Shown here: positions 8,166 to 18,600 of the stretch, piece after piece
Position numbering within the stretch: the first letter of the stretch is position 1
Layout of the letters: each line of letters begins with the position of its first letter
Assembly: GCA_028279595.1 (NCBI GenBank)
Contig: JANQNK010000005.1
Location: 1-33,183 of the forward strand
Length of the DNA: 33,183 bases
DNA from: Thermoplasmatota archaeon
GTDB lineage: Archaea > Thermoplasmatota > JAKEGO01
Direction of reading: 5' to 3'
Notes under the pieces: model-generated
What the model was told of the DNA's origin: nothing
Databases searched by the model: none
Seen by the model: only the letters and a program-made list of their open reading frames with translations
Program-made: the position numbers and the translations under genes

Positions 8166-10526
8166 TTACTCTTCCTTCTTTTTCTTGACTACCTTCTTGG
8201 CCACCTTCTTCTTTCTCTTCTTCTTGGGAGCTGGCTTCTTGACCTTGATGTCGGATTCGACGACCATTTCATCGTCGTCGGACTTCGATTCCTCGATCAC
8301 CTTCTCCACCTCGGCCTTCTCCTCCTCGATCGCCTTCTTCTTCTCCTTGACCTCTTCCTCTATGGCCTTCTTCTTCTCGGCGATCTCGTCCTCGAGCTCC
8401 TTCTTCTTCAAGGCTTCCTCTTCCTCGAGCGCCTTCCTCTTCGCCTCGAGCTCCTCGTCGAGGGAGTCGGACTTCTCGGCGTCCTTCTCGAGGGTCTTGA
8501 TGGCCTTCTCTTTGTCCTTCCTGGCCTTCTTCTTGGCGCGTTTCTCCTCGACCTTGGCCATGTTCTCGTCGGTCCAGCGTTTCTTCCCATAGGGGATACC
8601 GATCGTCGTGACTATGACCGTCGCAAGGATGACGATCAACGAGATGTTGGTGAAGAGTTCGATCTGCGATGAATTGAGTATGCCCTCCTCCTTGAAACCG
8701 TAGGTCAGTGGCAACGTTGCGAGGACCGCTGCGGAAAGTCCCCTTGGACCCAGGATCATCATCAACTCCCTGTCCTTCCTCTCAAGACCGCCCATCGTCA
8801 GATTGACGGAAGCGGCCCTTACGGCGAGTATGATCGCGGCCAGCAGAACGCCGTAGAGGACGATCATCGGTTCCGGTATCGTGAACAGCAATCCAACATA
8901 GACGAAGAAGAAGCTCTTGACGAAGAAGGTGATCTCCGAGTGGAACTGCTTCATGGACTTCGACATCCTCGCCGTCTCCTTGTACCTGAACATGCGCCCG
9001 ATCTCCGGGCCGTTCGCAAGGACGAGTCCGACCGACAGGGCAGCCACTGGACCGCTTCCTCCGGTGAACTGCGTGATCGCATAGACCACGAAGACGAAGG
9101 CGATGGTCAGCATGAACCCGTAGGACATCTTCTCGATCTTCGGCATCATGCGAAGCCAAAGTATCCCGAACATGCCGCCGAGGAAGATACCGATGGCAAA
9201 TGCACCGATGATACTTCCCAGGGTTCCGGACGCTCCGGTCGATCCCGATGTGGGAACAAGTATCTCTGCGATCGCAACGGCAGCGACTATACATAGAACA
9301 TCTGTGATCGTCGACTCGAGACTGAGGAGGACCTTTACTTCTTCGGATGTATCGACCTTCATCACCGTCGGGATGACAATGGCACCGCTCGTCCCTCCCA
9401 GAGCAGCCCCCAACATCATTCCGACCATCAGGTCCATTTCGAAGAACAGTACAGCCGCGACGGCACCCAATGCGATCATGGTCGTGACAAATCCGACGAT
9501 CGCGAGGATCGACGCGTGTGATGATTCCTTGATCACCTTGTCAAGACCCAGGTTGATCCCGCCGTCGAAAAGGATTATCGTAAGGGCGATCGCGGCGAAC
9601 AACGGAGAGATGTCCCTCAACAGATTCATCAGATCGTCGTTCAGGATCTGGAAGACCGATCCGATCAGTATACCCAGCACGATCAGAGAAAGGACCTCCG
9701 GGACCGAGAACCTGTCGAAGATGTACGAACCTACGAAACCGACGAAGATGACCAATCCCATGAGGATCATGAGCTGGACCTCGTCAACGGTTATCTGCCC
9801 CTCTTTATCCCCCTGCCCCTTGATCTTCGGTGCATCGAAGACCCTGAAATCGTAATGTTCGACTATCGATTGTTCCCCGTCATCGATATACTTGATAGTG
9901 TAGCGGAGATAGACGTCTCCTGCTTCGAGTCCCTCCAGTTCAGCGAAGCGTTTGTACGGACCCCAAATGTCCGAAGCATTGAATGCCTCATAGGTTTCGT
10001 TGTCCTGAGTATACCTGACACGGACGTATTGGATGTCCGGGACCCCAAGGATCGAAAGGTTCACGAAGATACGATCGTCATCCGTCGGATACCTGGGTAG
10101 AACGGTGAACGTGATCGTAGGTTCCGAAACGACCGGGAATGAGAAGGTCTGTGTGATATTCCGGAGCTGTGTATCATTTCCACTTCCAACATCGTAGTTG
10201 GCCTTTAGTGTCACGTCTGTCGTCCCTTCACTGAACGACCCGGCTGAATAAGTGTAATTGTTGGTGGCATCTTCATCATTCACGTATGATCCAACGATGA
10301 TCATGTCGAATGGACCCGAATCGCCATCGGGTCCCGAGAAGGAGATGTTCACAGAGGTGACATTCTCGAAACCTGTTAGTGATGTATTGAAGGTTACATT
10401 ATCACTGACAAGCGGTGAGACCGGATCTATGTCTGTCCTGATCGTGAACTGTGCTGAGGACGACCCTATGATCGTCACTGTCAACATCGCGATACACAGT
10501 GCCAGTATGCCCCATCTCATGCACAT
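8166..10526 (-). CDS. CPA1 (NhaP-like) cation:proton antiporter with N-terminal extracellular domain and Lys/Glu-rich C-tail
   Basis: ILFDGG, LESTITD and GPRGLSAAVLA motifs with about 12-13 TM segments; signal-peptide-like N-terminus. Alternative ATG at 10520. Confidence 0.88.
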   Translation of the reverse strand: MCMRWGILALCIAMLTVTIIGSSSAQFTIRTDIDPVSPLVSDNVTFNTSLTGFENVTSVNISFSGPDGDSGPFDMIIVGSYVNDEDATNNYTYSAGSFSEGTTDVTLKANYDVGSGNDTQLRNITQTFSFPVVSEPTITFTVLPRYPTDDDRIFVNLSILGVPDIQYVRVRYTQDNETYEAFNASDIWGPYKRFAELEGLEAGDVYLRYTIKYIDDGEQSIVEHYDFRVFDAPKIKGQGDKEGQITVDEVQLMILMGLVIFVGFVGSYIFDRFSVPEVLSLIVLGILIGSVFQILNDDLMNLLRDISPLFAAIALTIILFDGGINLGLDKVIKESSHASILAIVGFVTTMIALGAVAAVLFFEMDLMVGMMLGAALGGTSGAIVIPTVMKVDTSEEVKVLLSLESTITDVLCIVAAVAIAEILVPTSGSTGASGTLGSIIGAFAIGIFLGGMFGILWLRMMPKIEKMSYGFMLTIAFVFVVYAITQFTGGSGPVAALSVGLVLANGPEIGRMFRYKETARMSKSMKQFHSEITFFVKSFFFVYVGLLFTIPEPMIVLYGVLLAAIILAVRAASVNLTMGGLERKDRELMMILGPRGLSAAVLATLPLTYGFKEEGILNSSQIELFTNISLIVILATVIVTTIGIPYGKKRWTDENMAKVEEKRAKKKARKDKEKAIKTLEKDAEKSDSLDEELEAKRKALEEEEALKKKELEDEIAEKKKAIEEEVKEKKKAIEEEKAEVEKVIEESKSDDDEMVVESDIKVKKPAPKKKRKKKVAKKVVKKKKEE

Positions 10527-10589
10527 CCCACCGTTCGGTTGTTATGGATTCTGGGATATAAATAATGGACGCTCTCAGGGGCATAACGA

Positions 10590-10596
10590 TTATAAA
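10590..10596 (+). promoter_or_regulatory. TATA box of tRNA-Arg
   Basis: TTATAAA 24-30 nt upstream of the tRNA 5' end. Confidence 0.65.
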
Positions 10597-10619
10597 GCCC
10601 CGGTCAATCACCGACCCAT

Positions 10620-10693
10620 GCCCGAGTGGGGTAGCTTGGATATCCTTTGAGGTTGCGGACCTTACGACCCGGGTTCGAATCCCGGCTCGGGCA
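10620..10693 (+). tRNA. tRNA-Arg(GCG), CCA not encoded
   Basis: GCCCGAG/CUCGGGC acceptor stem, UGAGG-UUGCGGA-CCUUA anticodon arm, CCGGG-UUCGAAU-CCCGG T-arm. Confidence 0.95.
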
Positions 10694-10694
10694 C

Positions 10695-12728
10695 TCACTC
10701 CTTCTTCTTCTTGGTCTCGCAGCCCATGTCGATGCAGGTGATCCACGGTTTGCGTCCCTTCGTTATCACCTTGATGACCGGAGAACCGCAGGATTTACAG
10801 GTCTCTCCAGTGGGCTCGATGTGCCCGTACTGCGGCAGGGGATACGTGTTCCTGCATTCGGGATATCCCGAGCATCCTACGAACCGTTTGTTCGCCTTGG
10901 ACTGCCGGGTGTAGAGTGTCCCTCCGCACTCGCACTTGCCGATTACGTTCTCCTGAAGCAGCACCTTGCGGATGCCGATGCCGATCTCGTCGCTGTGCTC
11001 CTCGAGGGTATCCAGGACCTTGTCCAAGAGCTCGCGCGATCTCTTCACGACGTCGTCCTTGGTCATCTTGCCGTCGGCGATCTCGCCCATGTCGGACTCG
11101 AGCTCGGCGGTCATCTCCGCCTCGGTGATCTCGGAGGCGTGCTTCGCAAGCACGTCCACAACTGCCCCGCCCGTCGCGGTCGGGGTGATGCTCATCCCGC
11201 GGATGTATCCGCGCGAGTACAGTTTCGAAAGGATCTCGTGCCTTGTCGATTTCGTTCCGAGGCCAAGGCGCTCCATCTCCTGTATGATGTTACCCTGGGA
11301 ATACCGGGACGGGGGTTTCGTCTCCTTCCGGAGCAGGTTGATATCGGTCAGCTTGATCTCCGAGCCCATTGTGAGTTTCGGGACATGGGACTCCTCGGAC
11401 TTGAAGAAGGGATAGACCTGCCTCCAGCCGGGATCGACCGTCCTGTAACCCTTCGCGATGAAAGGCTCGTGCTCGACGTCTATCCTGGACTCCGAGGTCT
11501 CGACCCTCGCTGCGGGTGATAGCGATCCTAGGAAACGCCTGACGACGAGGTCGTAGACCATCCAGTGGTCCTTCTGAAGGTCCTTCCGCCGGGCCACCCC
11601 GACGGGATGGATCGGCGGGTGGTCGGTGCTGGTTTTCTTCCCCCTCGATGGGGTCATCGGACCGGCGAGGACGTACGCCGCTTCCTTCGAATGGTCGGAG
11701 TCCTCGAATATCTTCGCTGTGCCCTTCAGGTTGAGGGACCCGGGATATACGGTGTTGTCGGTCCTCGGATAACTGATGAGACCCTGGGTGTAGAGCTCCT
11801 CGGCGACGGACATCGCCCGCGATGCCTGGAGCCCCTGACCGGTGGCAGCCCTGAGGAATGCCGTCGTGTCGAACGGCGCCGGAGGTTTTACCTCCTTCGG
11901 TGTTACGCTCACCTCGACGACCTTGCCGGCAGATGCCGCCTCCACCTTGGCGAACCGCGCGTTCGCATCCGCCTCGTCCCTGAACGGTTCGGCCATGTGT
12001 CCCGCCTTGAACCTGACTCCGTCCTCCTCGAAGTTCGCCGGGATGACCCAGTACGGTTCCGGGACGAACGCCTTGATCTCGTTCTCCCTCTTGTTGATGA
12101 GCGCCAGCGTCGGCGTCTGGACCCTCCCTGCCGAGAGGAAGTCCTTGCCCGTACGCCTCGTTGAAAGTGACAGGAATCGGGTGAGGATGACCCCCCAGAG
12201 GAGGTCGATCTCCCTCCGGGATTCGGCGGCCTCGGCGAGGTTCCTGTCGACCTTCTCGATGTTCGAGAAGGCGTTCTTGACCTCCTGGGCCGTCAGGGCG
12301 CTGAACCTCGCCCTCGTCACCTGGTCCTCGGGAGCATCGAGCACGCCGATGCCCTCGACACCGATCAGCTCGCCTTCCCTGTCGAAATCCGTCGCGACCA
12401 CGACCTCGACGTCGCCCTTTGCGGAAAGTTCGCCGTAGATCTTCTTCAGTGCGGACGCGATACCGCTCTCGGTGACGATCTTCTCGGCGTCTGTCCAGAC
12501 CATGTCCTTGAGCCTCTTCCGTGACCATCTCTTGAACTCCTCGGGGAAGTCGATGTCGATGATATGACCCCGAAGACCGACCACGGCATAATCCCTCTCG
12601 TCCGTAGTGAAGGTGTGGTACTGGACCCTTCCTGACTTGTTCGCCTTGTCCCTGTTCCCGGACAGTATAGAGGATATCCGGCGGGCGGCATTGGCCTTCT
12701 CGCAGATCACGAAGACGCTTCCTGACAT
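10695..12728 (-). CDS. topA: Type IA DNA topoisomerase with C-terminal zinc ribbons
   Basis: TOPRIM (CEK, ATDFDREGE), SAGRVQTPTL, catalytic GLISYPRTD, GLGTKSTR and C-terminal Cys motifs. Start 12728 chosen from spacing to the TAAAATA box; ORF extends to 12749. Confidence 0.96.
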   Translation of the reverse strand: MSGSVFVICEKANAARRISSILSGNRDKANKSGRVQYHTFTTDERDYAVVGLRGHIIDIDFPEEFKRWSRKRLKDMVWTDAEKIVTESGIASALKKIYGELSAKGDVEVVVATDFDREGELIGVEGIGVLDAPEDQVTRARFSALTAQEVKNAFSNIEKVDRNLAEAAESRREIDLLWGVILTRFLSLSTRRTGKDFLSAGRVQTPTLALINKRENEIKAFVPEPYWVIPANFEEDGVRFKAGHMAEPFRDEADANARFAKVEAASAGKVVEVSVTPKEVKPPAPFDTTAFLRAATGQGLQASRAMSVAEELYTQGLISYPRTDNTVYPGSLNLKGTAKIFEDSDHSKEAAYVLAGPMTPSRGKKTSTDHPPIHPVGVARRKDLQKDHWMVYDLVVRRFLGSLSPAARVETSESRIDVEHEPFIAKGYRTVDPGWRQVYPFFKSEESHVPKLTMGSEIKLTDINLLRKETKPPSRYSQGNIIQEMERLGLGTKSTRHEILSKLYSRGYIRGMSITPTATGGAVVDVLAKHASEITEAEMTAELESDMGEIADGKMTKDDVVKRSRELLDKVLDTLEEHSDEIGIGIRKVLLQENVIGKCECGGTLYTRQSKANKRFVGCSGYPECRNTYPLPQYGHIEPTGETCKSCGSPVIKVITKGRKPWITCIDMGCETKKKKE

Positions 12729-12970
12729 CAGCCCGGACCATGGAGGCATCGTCTATTTTAGGGTTGTGGAACGCGGAAGAACGACCCGGACCCCGAAGGG
12801 GTCCGGACGGAGGATCGAGGAAAATGAGCTGTTCCGTGACGTGTCGGAAATGACGCTCGACGGCGTCCCGATGGGCCGTCGACGCGTCTCGAGGATGCGG
12901 TCCGGGATGGCGGTCGGGTCCCTGTCAATATCGCCAACTTTAAGTAATCCAGACAACTATCGAGAGGGGT

Positions 12971-13402
12971 ATGCGTGAGGCGCTCCTGCTGGCCGTCGTG
13001 ATAACGGTCTCCACCGCCTCGATGTGCTGTGTGGAAACTCCGGCTGACAAGATCGCGAGCTCGCCGATCCTGGTGCTGGACTACGTCGCACAGCAGGATA
13101 CGGTGAAGATATACCTTCACGGGGCCACGGACCACAGGTACGACAAGCTGTACCTCGAGGTGGATGGCGAGGTCCTGAACGACACCAAGGTCATGATGCT
13201 CTGCATGCAGCTCGATGTGGGCACCGAGAGGTTCAATCTCTCTGCGTCCGCCACGGACGGCAGCGACGTGTACTCGGCGGAGATGACCATCAGGGTCCTG
13301 CCGAACAAGGACGATGCCTTCCACGTCGACGTGTCGGGAGGCGACGACGAGTTCGTGGACAGGAGCGACCTTCCGTGGAAGCACAGGTTGAGGGAACAAT
13401 GA
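12971..13402 (+). CDS. Hypothetical secreted protein or lipoprotein
   Basis: Hydrophobic N-terminus ending SMCC, beta-rich body, GAGGGG RBS. Confidence 0.7.
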   Translation: MREALLLAVVITVSTASMCCVETPADKIASSPILVLDYVAQQDTVKIYLHGATDHRYDKLYLEVDGEVLNDTKVMMLCMQLDVGTERFNLSASATDGSDVYSAEMTIRVLPNKDDAFHVDVSGGDDEFVDRSDLPWKHRLREQ

Positions 13403-13746
13403 GGATGCGGATACCCGGAATGTACGCCTTCGTGATAGGCATCATCGTGGCCATCATGGCAGTCCTGGTACTGTGGTTCACGGGGTGGATCAAGACGGAG
13501 TCGTTCCTCACGGACATCCTTATCATCGTAGTGACCTGGGTCTTCATCTCGGGCCTTGCTTTGCTCGGCGCGATAATCCTCGGAATGTTCCTCGGTCACC
13601 GGATCCTTTCCTTCAAGGGGTTCACACCCTTCGAGAAGGAGATGCTCCTGATGCGCTCGGACATCAAGATGGTCTCCAAGCGCCTCGAAGCAATCGAGGA
13701 GGAGCTCGAGAAGATCCACTTCGACCTCGAGCACAAGGAATGGTAA
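13399..13746 (+). CDS. Hypothetical two-TM membrane protein with C-terminal coiled coil
   Basis: ATGA overlap with the upstream gene; two hydrophobic helices, then FEKEMLLMRSDIKMVSKRLEAIEEEL heptads. Confidence 0.75.
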   Translation: MRMRIPGMYAFVIGIIVAIMAVLVLWFTGWIKTESFLTDILIIVVTWVFISGLALLGAIILGMFLGHRILSFKGFTPFEKEMLLMRSDIKMVSKRLEAIEEELEKIHFDLEHKEW

Positions 13747-13785
13747 TATTCTCGTTCGAGGTCAATTCCCTACCAGTGGTAACGT

Positions 13786-15072
13786 TCACGGGGTCACGCG
13801 GCGCATCGTCCTCGGGAACGGTATCATGTTCCTGATGTGCTCGTTCCCGGTTATCCATGCGAGCGTCCTCTCCACGCCGAGCCCGAATCCGGAGTGCTGG
13901 ACGGTGCCGTATTTCCTCAGGTCCATGTACCAGTCGTAGGCCTCCGCGGGTATGTCCGATTCGGCGATCCTCTCTACGAGGACATCCATGTCCGCGATCC
14001 GCTCACCAGCACCGATTATCTCGCCGTAGCCCTCCGGGGCAAGGAGGTCGTTGGTGAGGACGCATCTCGGGTCCTCGGGGTCCGGTCTGTGATAGAAACC
14101 TTTCTCCCTGGGGAAATGGGTGATGAAGAGGGGCTTCGTCCTGTCGTCGGTCAGCACCTTCTCCTCGGTGTATCCCAGGTCTCCTCCCCACTCGAGGTCG
14201 ATGCCTTTCGTCCGGAGCTCGTCGAGGACCTCTGCATACCGCATCCTCTCGAAGGGTGTCTCAACGGCCTCCAGGACGGCGACGTCGCGGCCGAGGCGCT
14301 CCAGGTCGTCCCCGTGCCTCTCGACGATCCCCTCGAGGATCGAGACGAGCATTTCCTCCTCGATCGCCATCATCTCCTCGTTGCCGAGCCACGCGGACTC
14401 GACCTCGGCCATCCAGAACTCGGTCATGTGCCGTCGGGTCCTGGACTTCTCGGCCCTGAAGGTCGGTGCGATCGTGAAGATGTTCTCGAGACCGTACATC
14501 ATGGCCTCGGCATAGAGCTGCCATGACTGTGAAAGGTAGACCTTTCTGTCGTAGTAGTTGACCTCGAAGAGCGTCGAACCCCCCTCGACCGCCCCGCCTA
14601 CGAATATCGGGGCGTGGACCTCGTAATAGCCGCGCTCGAGGAAGTAGTCCCTGAACAGCTCGAAGAAGGTCGACCGGATCTTGAAGATCGACGTCATGTC
14701 CCGGCTCCGCAGCCAGAGGTGTCGGATGTCCAGGAGCCACTCGTCGCTCTTGTCCTTGGAAATGGGGAACGCTTCGGAGAATCCGACGATCTCCAGGCGA
14801 TCCGCCCTGATCTCCCGGCCCCCTGGAGCGCGTCCGTCCTCGACGATCTCCCCCTCGACCCATAGGGACGATTCGATGAGCGCCTTCGTCGCGTCCACGA
14901 AGCCCTCGGTCTCGTCCTTGATTATCGTCGTCTGGACGATGCCGGATGAGTCTCGAAGTACGATGAAAACGAGGCTCTTCGTCTTGCGGGTCCTGTAGAT
15001 CCAACCGCGTACCCTCACGGTATCGCCGATGTCCCTCTCGAAGACCTCGCTGACCCGGACAAGATCTGCCAT
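13786..15072 (-). CDS. asnS: Asparaginyl-tRNA synthetase
   Basis: OB-fold (VRGW...FIVLRD), YLSQSWQLY, motif 2 FRAEKSRTRRHMTEFW, DLLAPEGYGEIIG, motif 3 HSGFGLGVER. Confidence 0.93.
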   Translation of the reverse strand: MADLVRVSEVFERDIGDTVRVRGWIYRTRKTKSLVFIVLRDSSGIVQTTIIKDETEGFVDATKALIESSLWVEGEIVEDGRAPGGREIRADRLEIVGFSEAFPISKDKSDEWLLDIRHLWLRSRDMTSIFKIRSTFFELFRDYFLERGYYEVHAPIFVGGAVEGGSTLFEVNYYDRKVYLSQSWQLYAEAMMYGLENIFTIAPTFRAEKSRTRRHMTEFWMAEVESAWLGNEEMMAIEEEMLVSILEGIVERHGDDLERLGRDVAVLEAVETPFERMRYAEVLDELRTKGIDLEWGGDLGYTEEKVLTDDRTKPLFITHFPREKGFYHRPDPEDPRCVLTNDLLAPEGYGEIIGAGERIADMDVLVERIAESDIPAEAYDWYMDLRKYGTVQHSGFGLGVERTLAWITGNEHIRNMIPFPRTMRRVTP

Positions 15073-15113
15073 GGGCGGCAAACGGTTTTATCGTTTAAGA
15101 CCTTTCGTCCGCC

Positions 15114-15557
15114 GTGTACGTCGTGGTCGCCTGCTCCAGGTGCAAGTTGGCACGGATAGCCGGTGCCGATCAGAAGACCGCGGAGTGCCCGAGGTGCGGC
15201 AGGCGGATCGACCTCAAGAAAACGAGGATCTACCTCGTCACCGAGGAGATGGAGGTCGCCACGGGAGTCCTCGCGTCGGTCAATGAATCCCTTGCGGGGC
15301 CTCCTCCGGACAACGACGGGTCATGGGGAGACCTTCGCCCGGACGGGCGGGAGGACAGCACACCCGCACCCCGTCGCGACCTCATCTCAGTGGCCCGGAA
15401 CCTCTCCGCTGACGGGGCGGCGTTCACCGCAGACGAGCTGGCAGCGGGTTCGGAGATATCCATCGAAAAGGTCACTGAAGCACTCGAGAAATGGAGTTCC
15501 GAGGGGGTCGTCTATTCCCCGGAACACGGCACATACGTCCTCGTGGACCCATTATAA
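15114..15557 (+). CDS. Zinc-ribbon protein (DUF1922-like N-terminus) with probable C-terminal winged helix
   Basis: MYVVVACSRC...ECPRCG; C-terminal LEKWSSEGVVYSP..G.Y; GTG start, probably leaderless. Confidence 0.72.
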   Translation: MYVVVACSRCKLARIAGADQKTAECPRCGRRIDLKKTRIYLVTEEMEVATGVLASVNESLAGPPPDNDGSWGDLRPDGREDSTPAPRRDLISVARNLSADGAAFTADELAAGSEISIEKVTEALEKWSSEGVVYSPEHGTYVLVDPL

Positions 15558-15675
15558 CCTTCAACCATTAATATAGTCTATAACTCCATTACAGTGAAGA
15601 AAAGGTGGTTATCACCGTTATTTTTCTCATATTTAACCGGATGATTTATATAGAATCCAGCAATAAAATGGGTCC

Positions 15676-18600
15676 GTGAGGGTCATTACAATATTCGCTG
15701 TCGTCATCGTGACATATGCCCTCCTTCTTTCTACAGGTGCGGCTCTCAAGATAGTCGACGACGATTGGGGCGGTGCCGACCACTCGACGATCCAGGCGGC
15801 GATCGACGATTCATCCCCCGGTGAGACCATCCACGTCTACGACGGACTGTACTCCGAGGACCTCGACATCGACATCCCTGTGACCCTTTCGGGTAATGGG
15901 ACCGCCGCCGAGATCAACGCATTGTTCACAGCGGTGACCGCCGAGGACAACCTGACCCTCATAGGGTTCAAGATATCGGGGACCAATGCAATCGATGTAG
16001 GTCCGGATGCGACCATCACCGATATCACCATCGAGCTGTCCGGCTCCGGGACCGCCATCACATCCGGCGAGGGATGCATGATCTCGGACGTCATCGTATC
16101 CGAGGGCTCCATCGACCTCGGACCGAACAACTCTGTGGACAGTTCGAGGTTCGAGGACAGCAACATCGAGTTCGGAGGCACCGGATCGACACTGACCGGC
16201 TCGGTGATCTACAACTCGACCATCACGATCCACTCGAGCGGCAACGTGGTCTACGACAACATCATCGACCTGACCACTGTCGACGACACGGGAACGAACT
16301 CCTGGAACGTCACACCCTACTCCGATACCAACATCATCGGAGGCGACATCGTCGGAGGCAACTTCTGGTACGCGTACGACGGGGTCGATTCCGACGAGGA
16401 CGGCATAGGCGATGATCCCTTCGAGATCGATGGGGACACATCCGATCTCGCCCCATTAATGTACCTGCCAGCTCCGCCCACCATCGAGAACGAGGACGTC
16501 ACTCCCAGGACGGGCACCATCGCAACGACGTTCAACTTCACTCTGACCTACACCGACATCAACAACGATGCCCCCACTTACGTAAGGGCGGTATTCGATG
16601 CGATGACGATCAATCTCACAGCGGCCGACAACGGCGAACCGAGGAACGGAAGCCTCTACTCGGCGGAGGAATTACTCGACATGGGGAACCACTCGTTCCA
16701 CTTTGAGGTGTCCGATGGGACAACGGTGGTTTCGAGCGACAATATCACCGTCAGGATAGTCAATTCCATCCCGGAGGTCCAGGGTTCGAGGGACCCATCA
16801 ACGGGGACCGTCGAGACCCTGTTCAACTTCAACCTCACGGTACGGGACCTCGACGATGAGACCCCGACGACGGTAGTCCTCGACCTGGACGGACAGGAGT
16901 ACTCGATGCAGTACATCGGCGGCGAGGGACCGGTCTCAGGACTCAATTACTCGATCACCCTATCGCTGTCCAAGGGGGTCCACCAGTACAGGTTCAAGGC
17001 CATAGATCCCCACGGCGGGATCAATATCTCCGGGAACAGGAGCTTCATGGTGCTCAACACTCCTCCCGAGATCCTCGACGTCAGCGTCGAGAACGAAGAG
17101 GGCCTTCAGAGGTTCACTGTATCGGTCCACGACCCCGATGGAGAGGAGCCGGAGTACGCAAGGCTGATGATCGACAGCAAACCCGAGCCGATGACGCTCA
17201 CGGACAGTGACGAGGACACATTCGAGTACCAGAAGAAGCTCTTCGTCGAGGAGGGCTACCATGAGTACTATGTCCAGGTTTCGGACGACATCTCGGTCGA
17301 CGTCAGCGACGTCGAACCCCTGAACCTCACTGGCTTCCCGGCACTCAAGGCCCCCGGATTCACCCCTGAGGACCCCCGGAGCGAGCAGTCCATACACTTC
17401 TCTGTCGTTTACCAGGACAGGGATGGCCGCGCCCCGTCCTTTGTCCGTGTATGCATTGACGGAAACGATCACCAGATGAACCTGACCAGCGGCGATTACA
17501 CTACGGGTGCGATATACTCCTATTTCACGATGCTCCCGAGGGGCGTTCACACCTACAGTTACAACGTCTCGAACGGCGAGTACATCAACATGACCGAGAA
17601 CATGACGGTCGAGGTCATGAACACGCTGCCGTACGGAGCGCTCAACATCATTCCAGCGATCCCCGGTCCGGACGAGAACATCTCTCTGACCCTCTCCTAC
17701 GAGGACATCGACGAGGACGATCCCGTCGGTGTCAAGTTCTGGCTCGACGGCGACGAGCTCGACAGCGTGAAGGACGACCTCGGCCAGGGACAGTGGGTCA
17801 TAACATCTTCAGGCTTCGTCGATCATGGTTCCCATGTCATAAGGGTCAAGTTCGCGGATGGCCACGGGAACAGGACCATCCGGCGATGGATACCGGCAGA
17901 CAACGTACCGACGTTCATGACCTACATCTACAACAAGAACGGCAAGGCCGACGTCACGGTGAACGTCACGGCCACAGACATCGACAACGATGATCTCGAC
18001 GTCCTATTGGTCCTCGACGGATCGACCTATCCACTATCATCCATCGACGGTAACGAGACGAACACGACGAATGGCATGAACTTCACCATAACCATCCCGT
18101 TCCTCGAGGGCGACAACGATTTCGACATCGTCGTGAACGACACCATCCTGGAGTCCACGGACTCGTTCTCGCAGACCGTATTCATCAAGGACAACCTGGA
18201 CCCCGAGCTCGAACAGCTGGGTCACACCGTGGGAGTACCCGAGGATGAGATAACCAGCGCGACCCCGATCACCTTCAAGGTCGTGTACAAGGACCCGGAT
18301 CCCGAGGAGGGCATCTCGCCTCTGGTGAAGATAGTCCTGTACAGGGAGTCCGATGAAAGGGTAGAGGGGATCAAACTTAACGCGGTCAGCGATGACGAAT
18401 CCCATTCCCGCTACGAAGCGACCGTGTTCGTCTTCGAGGGTAGCTGGACCTATCATGCCATCGCCTACGATGGCTGGGGTGGGGAGGCGAACACGACCAA
18501 CCGTACCATCACGATCCAAGGAGATGCACCCATCGAGCCAGTGGTGGAGGAGGACGAGCCGCAGGATTATGGACCCCTCCAGGGTCTTCTCCAGGCACTC

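Noticed and set aside
11290-12741. 483-aa alternative-frame ORF inside topA
   Set aside because: Arg/Gly-rich off-frame translation typical of high-GC genes.
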